IMG/VR virus record: IMGVR_UViG_3300009703_000050 | Span: 1-36,029 of that record | Origin: a virus | Lineage: Duplodnaviria; Caudoviricetes | Direction: 5' to 3' (one strand) | DNA length: 36,029 nt | Shown here: in pieces, positions 1 through 6,373 of the stretch | Numbering within the stretch: position 1 is the first letter of the stretch | Layout of the letters: the number at the start of each line of letters is the position of its first letter | The notes under the pieces: model-generated | Databases searched by the model: none | Told to the model about the DNA's origin: nothing | Seen by the model: the letters and a program-made list of their open reading frames with translations, nothing else | Made by a program: the position numbers and the translations under genes

Positions 1-112
1 CGGGTGCGCGGGTGCGCGGGTGCGCGGGTGCGCGGGTGCGCGGGTGCGCGGGTGCGCGGGTGCGCGGGTGCGCGGGTGCGCGGGTGCGCGGGTGCGCGGG
101 TGCGCGGGTGCG
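1..112. repeat. Perfect tandem 8-mer repeat (CGGGTGCG)x14, runs off the window edge
   Basis: Read directly: 14 exact copies from 1 to 112. Confidence 0.97.
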
Positions 113-121
113 CGGTGTTAC

Positions 122-203
122 GATGCAACGCCGTGGCCGTGGGGGTGAGGATGCAACGCCGTGGCCGTGGGGGTGAGGATGCAACGCCGTGGCCGTGGGG
201 GTG
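122..203. repeat. Tandem 28-bp repeat GATGCAACGCCGTGGCCGTGGGGGTGAG, about 3 copies
   Basis: Copies at 122-149, 150-177 and 178-203 (last lacks final AG); no spacers. Confidence 0.95.
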
Positions 204-224
204 CAAATAAAGCCGAAATAGGGG

Positions 225-253
225 TTGATAACCTGTGCGTAACCTGCTATCAT
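225..253 (+). promoter_or_regulatory. sigma70-type promoter
   Basis: TTGATA-17 nt-TATCAT, A-rich upstream, strong SD (GGAGGAGG) downstream. Confidence 0.7.
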
Positions 254-284
254 TGATTTGACAGTGAGAGGAGGAGGTGCAACA

Positions 285-365
285 ATGAGAGAAACCGTGT
301 TGAACTGGGTACTGTGTGCTATAATATTAACTACGTGCTTAGCTTGTAGCTGGTACGTCAACTAA
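285..365 (+). CDS. 26-aa hydrophobic micro-protein (MRETVLNWVLCAIILTTCLACSWYVN)
   Basis: Hand-translated; GAGGAGGAGG SD before ATG; first gene after the promoter. Confidence 0.65.
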   Translation: MRETVLNWVLCAIILTTCLACSWYVN

Positions 366-383
366 CAAAAGGAGGATATACTG

Positions 384-701
384 ATGAAGGATTTACTGAT
401 AGGAGTGTTAAAAACAACCATTGCGGTGGGCATCGTGCTGGCAGCGTTCAGCTTTGCCAATGCGTCATCCAGCCCGGCGGGGACGATAGAGTGCAAGAGC
501 GCAGGCTATGACTGTGACGGCGGGGTATGCGTAGGCGTACCGTTCCCTCACGTCATATCGCTGGAAGCCGACAGGCGTTCGGCGTGTGCGTTCAGCCGAT
601 TTGACCTGAACCGCGACGGCAAGGTCAACAGGACAGACATCAGGGTGCTAAGGCAACTGGGTATCGGTCAGCCGTACAAAGCGGAGCGAACCTGCAACTG
701 A
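384..701 (+). CDS. Secreted Cys-containing protein with dockerin/EF-hand-like Ca-binding loop
   Basis: AGGAGG SD; signal peptide ending ANA; DLNRDGKVNRTDIRVLRQ fits the dockerin type I DxNxDGxVxxxD loop-helix. Confidence 0.75.
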   Translation: MKDLLIGVLKTTIAVGIVLAAFSFANASSSPAGTIECKSAGYDCDGGVCVGVPFPHVISLEADRRSACAFSRFDLNRDGKVNRTDIRVLRQLGIGQPYKAERTCN

Positions 702-720
702 AAATAGTTTGCCTGAGGAC

Positions 721-749
721 TTGACATTGCATGAGCCTTCAGGCATACT
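721..749 (+). promoter_or_regulatory. sigma70-type promoter, TTCAGGCATACT class
   Basis: TTGACA-17-CATACT with upstream AAAATAG tract. Confidence 0.8.
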
Positions 750-759
750 CGTATACATC

Positions 760-915
760 ATGAGGAACAAATTAACAGACAAACAGAAGCGCGCACTGAA
801 GCGCAGCAAGCAGTTGAGCCGCGAGGTCTTCGACGTGCCTGCTGGTCGCCGTGTGGAGAAGAACCGCAAGAGCAAGCTGGCGGCCATACGCCGCAAGGAA
901 GCAGCGTCGTGGTAG
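760..915 (+). CDS. Small basic protein (51 aa)
   Basis: ATG just after the promoter; K/R-rich; the upstream TTG start lies across the promoter. Confidence 0.7.
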   Translation: MRNKLTDKQKRALKRSKQLSREVFDVPAGRRVEKNRKSKLAAIRRKEAASW

Positions 916-1031
916 CCACGCCATGCCCCAAGTGCAAGGGCGCAGCATTTCAGTTGCAGCCCGGCACCGTGCTGACCTGTACAGCCTGCGGCCACCGATT
1001 CGTTACGAGAACAAGGAGGGACACACCATGA
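909..1031 (+). CDS. 40-aa Zn-ribbon micro-protein (not in ORF track)
   Basis: GTG start; VVATPCPKCKGAAFQLQPGTVLTCTACGHRFVTRTRRDTP with two CxxC; stop overlaps next ATG (ATGA). Confidence 0.7.
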   Translation: MVATPCPKCKGAAFQLQPGTVLTCTACGHRFVTRTRRDTP

Positions 1032-1264
1032 TTACAGGAAAAGTAGAACCGGGCGACATTGTCAAGGGTAAAAAGTTTCGTGGGCTGGCTGTGGTTATCA
1101 ACACCGTAGGCGCTCGTGCGCACGTCTTCACCGAACACTGGAGACATTTCTCTGACTGCCATCTAGCCGAGCTAACGATGGTGACACCTGTCGCCGAGCA
1201 GAAAGAGTTGACGACTGAGGCCATAGCACCAGAATGTTGTCCGGCTTGTGGTCACGCGCTGTGA
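1028..1264 (+). CDS. Hypothetical protein, KOW/SH3-like N-terminus, C-terminal CPACG
   Basis: AAGGAGG SD before ATG 1028; PGDIV..K motif. Confidence 0.7.
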   Translation: MITGKVEPGDIVKGKKFRGLAVVINTVGARAHVFTEHWRHFSDCHLAELTMVTPVAEQKELTTEAIAPECCPACGHAL

Positions 1265-1464
1265 AAGACCGCCTGCGAGCATTGGGGCGGCTAGGCTGTA
1301 CGTCTGGCCTGCTCGACCTGCACGGCCCTACGCGCATCAGCGCGTGGTGCGAGGCCTGTTGGCAGCCGTTCGCCGGAATGTTCTGGGGTACGTCGGCCAC
1401 GACAGGCGACCGTGTATGGGTGAGCCTGTGCAAGGATTGCAGACGGGTAGTTGACACGCCGTAA
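1261..1464 (+). CDS. Small Zn-finger protein
   Basis: GTGA overlap with previous stop; CEAC...CKDC. Confidence 0.6.
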   Translation: MKDRLRALGRLGCTSGLLDLHGPTRISAWCEACWQPFAGMFWGTSATTGDRVWVSLCKDCRRVVDTP

Positions 1465-1485
1465 CGGATGTGGTAGGGTATTGAT

Positions 1486-1737
1486 ATGAGCTTATTCGTA
1501 GTGAAGAACATGGAGTTGATAGACGAGTACGGGCAAGACTGCGTGTACAACGAGTTCGACGGCTTCTGGACTTTGACTTATGAAGAAGAAGCCTATACCC
1601 TGACATTGAAGTTTCATCACCACCGGGACTGTAAGGACGGCACGGTGGCATGGCTGGATATTGGAGACAGGCAATACGAGTTCTACAATTATGACGATAA
1701 CGGCGGCTGGCAGCCGCAAGGAGAAGGAGAAACATGA
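1486..1737 (+). CDS. Acidic hypothetical protein
   Basis: Coding-like codon use; stop overlaps next start. Confidence 0.7.
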   Translation: MSLFVVKNMELIDEYGQDCVYNEFDGFWTLTYEEEAYTLTLKFHHHRDCKDGTVAWLDIGDRQYEFYNYDDNGGWQPQGEGET

Positions 1738-2012
1738 GTGAATTTTATGATGGATACGAACAAGACATCGAAGACCTGAACAACCCCGAGCTACAGGGCA
1801 GCGTGAACTTCATTCTGCTTTCACTGGTGAACGAGTTCATGGCTTGCGTGGATTACGAGTCTAGCGTGGTGTACTCGACGCACCCGCAGCAACTCATTGC
1901 TGATTTCACTGCATACGCGGGCGCGCACGTCCAGCTTATTGACCGGCTGGTCGAAGCTGCGAGTGACGGCATGGTAAACGTCAACGCGGGGAACGTAGAC
2001 AACGAATGTTGA
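1734..2012 (+). CDS. Acidic hypothetical protein
   Basis: AAGGAG SD, ATGA coupling. Confidence 0.75.
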   Translation: MSEFYDGYEQDIEDLNNPELQGSVNFILLSLVNEFMACVDYESSVVYSTHPQQLIADFTAYAGAHVQLIDRLVEAASDGMVNVNAGNVDNEC

Positions 2013-2089
2013 AAAACTGCAACAAGTGTAAGCAATCCAAGAAGCGCGACGAACCGCTCGACTATCGAGCTAGGAGGGTACAACTATGA
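2006..2089 (+). CDS. 27-aa CxxC micro-ORF (MLKNCNKCKQSKKRDEPLDYRARRVQL)
   Basis: Fills the gap, overlaps both neighbours; half Zn-ribbon, may be a remnant. Confidence 0.4.
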   Translation: MLKNCNKCKQSKKRDEPLDYRARRVQL

Positions 2090-2187
2090 GTCCAGAAGAA
2101 GTCACTTTTTATCAATACGTCCTGCTGGGCGTGGGTCTTACCGCCCTTGTGGGTTGGGTCGTATGGCTCGACCGGGATGCACGGTGA
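2086..2187 (+). CDS. 33-aa single-TM micro-protein
   Basis: AGGAGG SD; MSPEEVTFYQYVLLGVGLTALVGWVVWLDRDAR; stop overlaps next GTG. Confidence 0.7.
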   Translation: MSPEEVTFYQYVLLGVGLTALVGWVVWLDRDAR

Positions 2188-2531
2188 GAATCTTGCTGAC
2201 GGCCTTGGCGCTCGCATTACTGATGCCTGCTTCAGCAATGGCTGGCTGCAACTTCACGACCTGCTCGCGAGAAGTATACGACACGCTCGACCAGACAGAA
2301 GCTAAGGAGTGTTCGTTGCGGTGGAGTTGCGCGGCGACCTTGCGATACCTTGAGCATCTCATGGCGCAAGGCCCGGAGGGCGAGGCGCAGACAGAGGCGT
2401 TGCTGGAAGACAACCGCGACCTCGCGCTTTGCTTGTACAGGCTTCAGTTATTGAACCACAACAACGACCAGTACTGCAACCTCGTCACGCCTGAACGCGA
2501 GCGCAACGCACCTCGCGGTTGGGTAGACTAA
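2184..2531 (+). CDS. Secreted Cys-containing protein
   Basis: GTGA coupling; signal peptide RILLTALALALLMPASAMA; six Cys in the mature part. Confidence 0.7.
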   Translation: MRILLTALALALLMPASAMAGCNFTTCSREVYDTLDQTEAKECSLRWSCAATLRYLEHLMAQGPEGEAQTEALLEDNRDLALCLYRLQLLNHNNDQYCNLVTPERERNAPRGWVD

Positions 2532-2542
2532 AAGCCCAATGA

Positions 2543-2555
2543 AATCAGGTACTTG
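2543..2555 (+). promoter_or_regulatory. IHF-consensus site
   Basis: AATCAG-GTAC-TTG matches WATCAR-N4-TTR, about 45 bp upstream of a -35 box. Confidence 0.4.
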
Positions 2556-2597
2556 TACTATATTTTCGACACGCTGCAAATAAATGTACAAAACCTC

Positions 2598-2626
2598 TTG
2601 ACAAGCCCTGAAGTTTCAGGCATACT
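2598..2626 (+). promoter_or_regulatory. sigma70-type promoter, TTCAGGCATACT class
   Basis: TTGACA-17-CATACT, upstream AAATAAATGT. Confidence 0.85.
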
Positions 2627-2674
2627 CTTTATCAGTGGCAGGGAATACTCCTTTGTCATCTTAGCTGGCCGTTG

Positions 2675-2696
2675 GGGCGGGACGCAAGTCCCGCCC
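2675..2696 (+). other. 9-bp hairpin with GCAA (GNRA) tetraloop in a 5' leader
   Basis: GGGCGGGAC-GCAA-GTCCCGCCC; no U-tail. Confidence 0.7.
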
Positions 2697-2746
2697 TGCA
2701 AACCGACCCCGGAGAAGAACACCATGAACAACGAGGGAGAAAAAAT

Positions 2747-3022
2747 ATGAACTACTTTTCACAGGACGGAATCGACAGCGCGGTCATAGACTGCGTGGTC
2801 ATAATCAAAGAGGAGGACAGTGGAGTCATCCGTGCGCTCGACCACACCGAAGTCATGCAAGTGCTGACCTACGACGCGGACGTGTCTACCATCAACATCG
2901 ACGACGTGCGGGAAACCCTCGACGACGTTGAGAACGAGAGCGGCCACGACAGCGCTGACTACGAGGCTGCCTTGAAGGAGCTTCGCGAGCGGGTGTCTAG
3001 CTCAATGGAGACTGTAGCATGA
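2747..3022 (+). CDS. Acidic hypothetical protein
   Basis: GAGGGAG SD before ATG 2747. Confidence 0.75.
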   Translation: MNYFSQDGIDSAVIDCVVIIKEEDSGVIRALDHTEVMQVLTYDADVSTINIDDVRETLDDVENESGHDSADYEAALKELRERVSSSMETVA

Positions 3023-3108
3023 AGACAGACAAGGAGCTAATAGAGGAGATGAAGACAGACAAGGAGCTAATAGAGGAGATGAAGACAGACAAGGAGCTAA
3101 TGGAAGAG
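3019..3108 (+). repeat. In-frame 30-bp tandem repeat x3
   Basis: ATGAAGACAGACAAGGAGCTAATAGAGGAG twice exactly, third with 2 changes. Confidence 0.95.
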
Positions 3109-3279
3109 ATAAGGACTGAGAGAGTAGAGGAGCTAGAGGAGGCTCGCAAGGCTCAACTTCGTATGATTGAATCAGTGAAACCTGTGCTGGCGAACGAGGT
3201 TAAGCTCGTGATGTTCATTGTGTCCCTTGTCGTCTTTGTCACAGTCGTCACACGGGCGCTTGCGGTGGTAGCGGGATGA
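3019..3279 (+). CDS. Membrane-anchored protein with N-terminal MKTDKELIEE repeats
   Basis: ATGA coupling; C-terminal hydrophobic helix. Confidence 0.75.
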   Translation: MKTDKELIEEMKTDKELIEEMKTDKELMEEIRTERVEELEEARKAQLRMIESVKPVLANEVKLVMFIVSLVVFVTVVTRALAVVAG

Positions 3280-3337
3280 GTTTGGCGAGGCGGTACAGCA
3301 GCAGACGACAGAGGTGAAAATAAATGTTGCCCAGCCC

Positions 3338-3366
3338 TTGACAAGCGATAGGGTTTCAGGCATACT
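3338..3366 (+). promoter_or_regulatory. sigma70-type promoter, TTCAGGCATACT class
   Basis: TTGACA-17-CATACT, upstream AAAATAAATGT. Confidence 0.85.
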
Positions 3367-3409
3367 GATTGAAGTGGCGATTAGGCCACCAACAACACGG
3401 AGAAGAACA

Positions 3410-4507
3410 ATGAGCATAAACATTACAGAAGCAAAGAGCATGGTGACAGAACTGATGGCAGCCGACCTGCCGGTCATCCTGTGGGGGCCTGCGGGCATTG
3501 GCAAGACCAGCATCGTTCACCAGTTGAGCGACGAGCTTGGCCTGCCCGAGTGGGAAATAATCCTCTCCTCGCGTGAACCCACCGACCTCAGCGGCCTGCC
3601 GCGCTTCCCTGACAACGACGCGACGCAGATAGACTGGGTTGCGCCTTCCGACATCCCTTTCATCGGTGTCAAGGCTCCTGACGGAGTGGTCATCGACGAA
3701 GATTACGAGTGCATCTTGTTCATCGACGAGTTCAGCACGTCGGTGCCTGCGATGCAGAACGTCGCTCTCCAGTTGTTGCAGGAGAGGCGTGTCGGCCCTC
3801 ACCGGTTGCCCAAGGGCGTGAGGATTATCCTCGCGGCTAACAAGGCCAGCCACGGTGCCCACGTGACCCGGCTGTCGGCCCCGGCTAAGAACCGAATGCT
3901 GCACTTGCACGTCGAGCCGAGTTGGAACGAATCCAGCCGACCCTACTTCATCGAGAACGGTTTCCGTTCGGAAGTAGTTGGCTACCTCGATACCAAACCG
4001 GATATGCTCAACGTCGTGCCTGAGGGCGACGTGGATGCCTTCGCGACCCCGAGGTCGTGGGAGATGTGCAACACGGTTCTCAACGCAACGTTCGGCGAGG
4101 AGCCTGTGACCGATTACGCCAAGATGCTCCGGTTGGCAGCGATGGCTGTCGGCACGGCGGCGCACGAGCTTGTAGCGTACACGAAACTGTACGACAAGGT
4201 GGATGCCGTCAAGGTGCTGACGGATGGCGTAGCAGTCGAGTGGGATGCCTCTGAGGCCAGTCTGAAGTTCGCAGCGGCGAGCGCAGTAGCTAACGCCCTG
4301 TTCAACAGGGTGGGCAAGATTACTGACACTCACCTCAAGAACTTGGTGAAGTTCTACGGCACACTGGACGCTGAGTTCGGACTCTATTTTCACCGATGCG
4401 CTGACTGGTCTTCCAGCCCGGCGCGCTACAAGGTCTTCGAGCGGCTCATCGACTTGGAGCCTGAGTTCGCGCAGGCGGCTTCGGACTTGGTGGATATCAT
4501 CTCGTAA
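3410..4507 (+). CDS. MoxR-type AAA+ ATPase
   Basis: Walker A GPAGIGKT, Walker B LFIDE, AAN, NR, ATPRSWE; start set at ATG 3410 after GGAGAAGAACA. Confidence 0.9.
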   Translation: MSINITEAKSMVTELMAADLPVILWGPAGIGKTSIVHQLSDELGLPEWEIILSSREPTDLSGLPRFPDNDATQIDWVAPSDIPFIGVKAPDGVVIDEDYECILFIDEFSTSVPAMQNVALQLLQERRVGPHRLPKGVRIILAANKASHGAHVTRLSAPAKNRMLHLHVEPSWNESSRPYFIENGFRSEVVGYLDTKPDMLNVVPEGDVDAFATPRSWEMCNTVLNATFGEEPVTDYAKMLRLAAMAVGTAAHELVAYTKLYDKVDAVKVLTDGVAVEWDASEASLKFAAASAVANALFNRVGKITDTHLKNLVKFYGTLDAEFGLYFHRCADWSSSPARYKVFERLIDLEPEFAQAASDLVDIIS

Positions 4508-4513
4508 TCTCCG

Positions 4514-4572
4514 GGTGGCCCCCGCGCTGTGAGTTGCTCGCTCACGGCGGTAACGGGGGTCACTATTGAGGT
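4514..4572 (+). other. Conserved structured RNA element, copy 1
   Basis: Stem GGTGGCCCCCG/CGGGGGTCACT, inner stem CGCTGTGAG/CTCACGGCG, then ATTGAGGT; homolog at 26594-26650. Confidence 0.65.
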
Positions 4573-4746
4573 GCATAGGAGGCTCTCTAAGCGATTATAA
4601 TTTAGACCCTCACTCTACCTCTCATGCGAGAGAAAAATGGCTTAGAGTGGCTTAGATGCAAAACAGGCAAAATTATGACCAGTAAAATCAGGGGTTTCAG
4701 AAGCACTATTTACGGACGTAACTTGCCACTTAACAGGAGAAGAACA

Positions 4747-4905
4747 ATGACAGAGAGAATAATGCAATTTACACTCAAAATGGTCAATGGCAGGACTGGC
4801 GTGGTACGAGTTGCGCCTGAGTTGGCCGGTGAAACTTACGAGCAAATCGTGGCTGACGAGGCCGTGGCTGAGGTCGATATCGTCGAGCTAGAGGTGGAAG
4901 CGTGA
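4747..4905 (+). CDS. 52-aa hypothetical protein
   Basis: AGGAGAAGAACA-ATG, same RBS as the AAA+ gene. Confidence 0.7.
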   Translation: MTERIMQFTLKMVNGRTGVVRVAPELAGETYEQIVADEAVAEVDIVELEVEA

Positions 4906-4971
4906 GCGCGATGCTTCAGGTAGCCTTTGCCCTTGTGGCGCACGGGTATGCAACTTTATTGCACACGGCAC

Positions 4972-5000
4972 TTGACAACGCCGACGAACTCCTGTAGAGT
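4972..5000 (+). promoter_or_regulatory. sigma70-type promoter, ATG at predicted start site
   Basis: TTGACA-17-TAGAGT-7 nt-ATG. Confidence 0.7.
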
Positions 5001-5007
5001 AGTACAC

Positions 5008-6270
5008 ATGATGAAAGACACACAAACAGAAGTGACGACCGAGAAGAAGAACCTCGCTGAGAAGCGCATCTCTGATGCACGCGCTCGTATGCTCGCAACG
5101 CAACAGTTCTTCGGGGTCATCGGCCTTGAGCTTAACCTCGTGCTGCGGACGGATTTGCCTTTCAAGACGATGGGTGTGGACGGCAAGAACCTGTTTTACG
5201 ACCCGGACTTTGTGTTGGGCGAGGCAATCGAGAACGTGCGCGGCGTTGTTCTGCACGAGGTGTTGCACGTGGCCCTCGACCATCTAGTGCGCGTCGAAGG
5301 TCGTGACTTCTCGCTCTGGAACCAAGCTGCCGATTACAGCATCAACAGCATCGTACTCGACCAGCCCGGCATGGGGCTGCCTGAGGGCGCACTGTACCGC
5401 CCCGAGTTCCGAGGCCTGACCGCCGAGGTCATTTACGACCGGCTGCTTCAGGAGCAGAAGGATGAGCAGGAGAAGAAAGATAACGAGGACAGCGACGACG
5501 ACAGTGAGAGCGGCGACGAGGGCGGGGGCGAAGGCAGTGACAGCCAAGCTCCCGGCCAAGGCGAAGCTCCGGGTGAAGGTAAGGGCGAGCCTGAATGGCG
5601 TGATTACCACGGCGAGGTCAAGGGTGACGACATCGACGAGATGCGCGCCAAGGTCGAGTCGGCTTTCGACAACCTCTCCAGCGAGGAGCAGGGCAAGGTG
5701 CCGGGCGACATCCGCAGGCTCATCGACAAGCGCCGGTCACAGGTGGACTGGAGGGAATACTTGCGCGCTACCACCATCGACGTAATGGCCCGTGAAGATT
5801 ACAGCTACAAGCGTCCGAGTCGTCGGTCGCACGGCGCTGGGTGTTACCTGCCGTCGCTCATCGGAGAAACGAACACCAAGCTCATGGTCATCGTTGACAC
5901 CAGCGCTAGCGTAGGCAAAGAAGACCTCGACCAGTTCTGCGCTGAGATTGATGCAGTGAAGGAATACGCCGACCGCACCGACGTGGTTAGCGTAGACACA
6001 CGCGTCCACTACCCTATCGACACCATCGGGAAGGGCGACAGCATAGCTGAGTCCGTGAAACCTCGTGGAGGGGGTGGTACGAGCTTTGACGCGCCTTTTG
6101 AAGACATCAACGCGGGCAAGCTGGAGTCGCCTGAGATGGCCATCTACCTGACTGACGGTTACTGTTCTTTCCCTAAGCAACAGCCTAGCTTCCCGGTGTT
6201 GTGGGTCGTGACTCGTAACGGCTGCGACCTTGCTAATATACCGTGGGGGATGAAGCTCAGGCTCGACTAG
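5008..6270 (+). CDS. HEXXH metallopeptidase-like plus VWA domain protein (DUF2201-like), partner of the AAA+ ATPase
   Basis: TMGVDG, LHEVLH, WNQAADYSIN, acidic linker, VDTSAS, GGGGTSF, YLTDG. Confidence 0.88.
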   Translation: MMKDTQTEVTTEKKNLAEKRISDARARMLATQQFFGVIGLELNLVLRTDLPFKTMGVDGKNLFYDPDFVLGEAIENVRGVVLHEVLHVALDHLVRVEGRDFSLWNQAADYSINSIVLDQPGMGLPEGALYRPEFRGLTAEVIYDRLLQEQKDEQEKKDNEDSDDDSESGDEGGGEGSDSQAPGQGEAPGEGKGEPEWRDYHGEVKGDDIDEMRAKVESAFDNLSSEEQGKVPGDIRRLIDKRRSQVDWREYLRATTIDVMAREDYSYKRPSRRSHGAGCYLPSLIGETNTKLMVIVDTSASVGKEDLDQFCAEIDAVKEYADRTDVVSVDTRVHYPIDTIGKGDSIAESVKPRGGGGTSFDAPFEDINAGKLESPEMAIYLTDGYCSFPKQQPSFPVLWVVTRNGCDLANIPWGMKLRLD

Positions 6271-6337
6271 GCTAGGCTAAGCTAGGGAATTAATGCCCAA
6301 AACCAAGCTCGACTGAAAATAAAGTTGCCGGGGGGCC

Positions 6338-6366
6338 TTGACAAGGCTCCCCGGTTGCGCTATACT
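6338..6366 (+). promoter_or_regulatory. sigma70-type promoter, ATG at predicted start site
   Basis: TTGACA-17-TATACT-7 nt-ATG; upstream AAAATAAAG. Confidence 0.85.
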
Positions 6367-6373
6367 CTTATAT

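Noticed and set aside
122-203. 28-bp repeats as a CRISPR array
   Set aside because: No spacers between copies and no cas genes.
4-210. 68-aa ORF
   Set aside because: Just the translation of the tandem repeats.
4514-4564. Hairpins here and at 26594 as tRNAs or intrinsic terminators
   Set aside because: No cloverleaf or T-loop motif and no U-tract.
3356-4576. 406-aa - strand ORF and similar antisense ORFs (6929-7699, 29001-29561)
   Set aside because: Shadows of GC3-biased + strand genes; no motifs or start signals.
6267-6286. CTAGG/CTAAG 5-mer run
   Set aside because: Only four short imperfect units; not interpretable.
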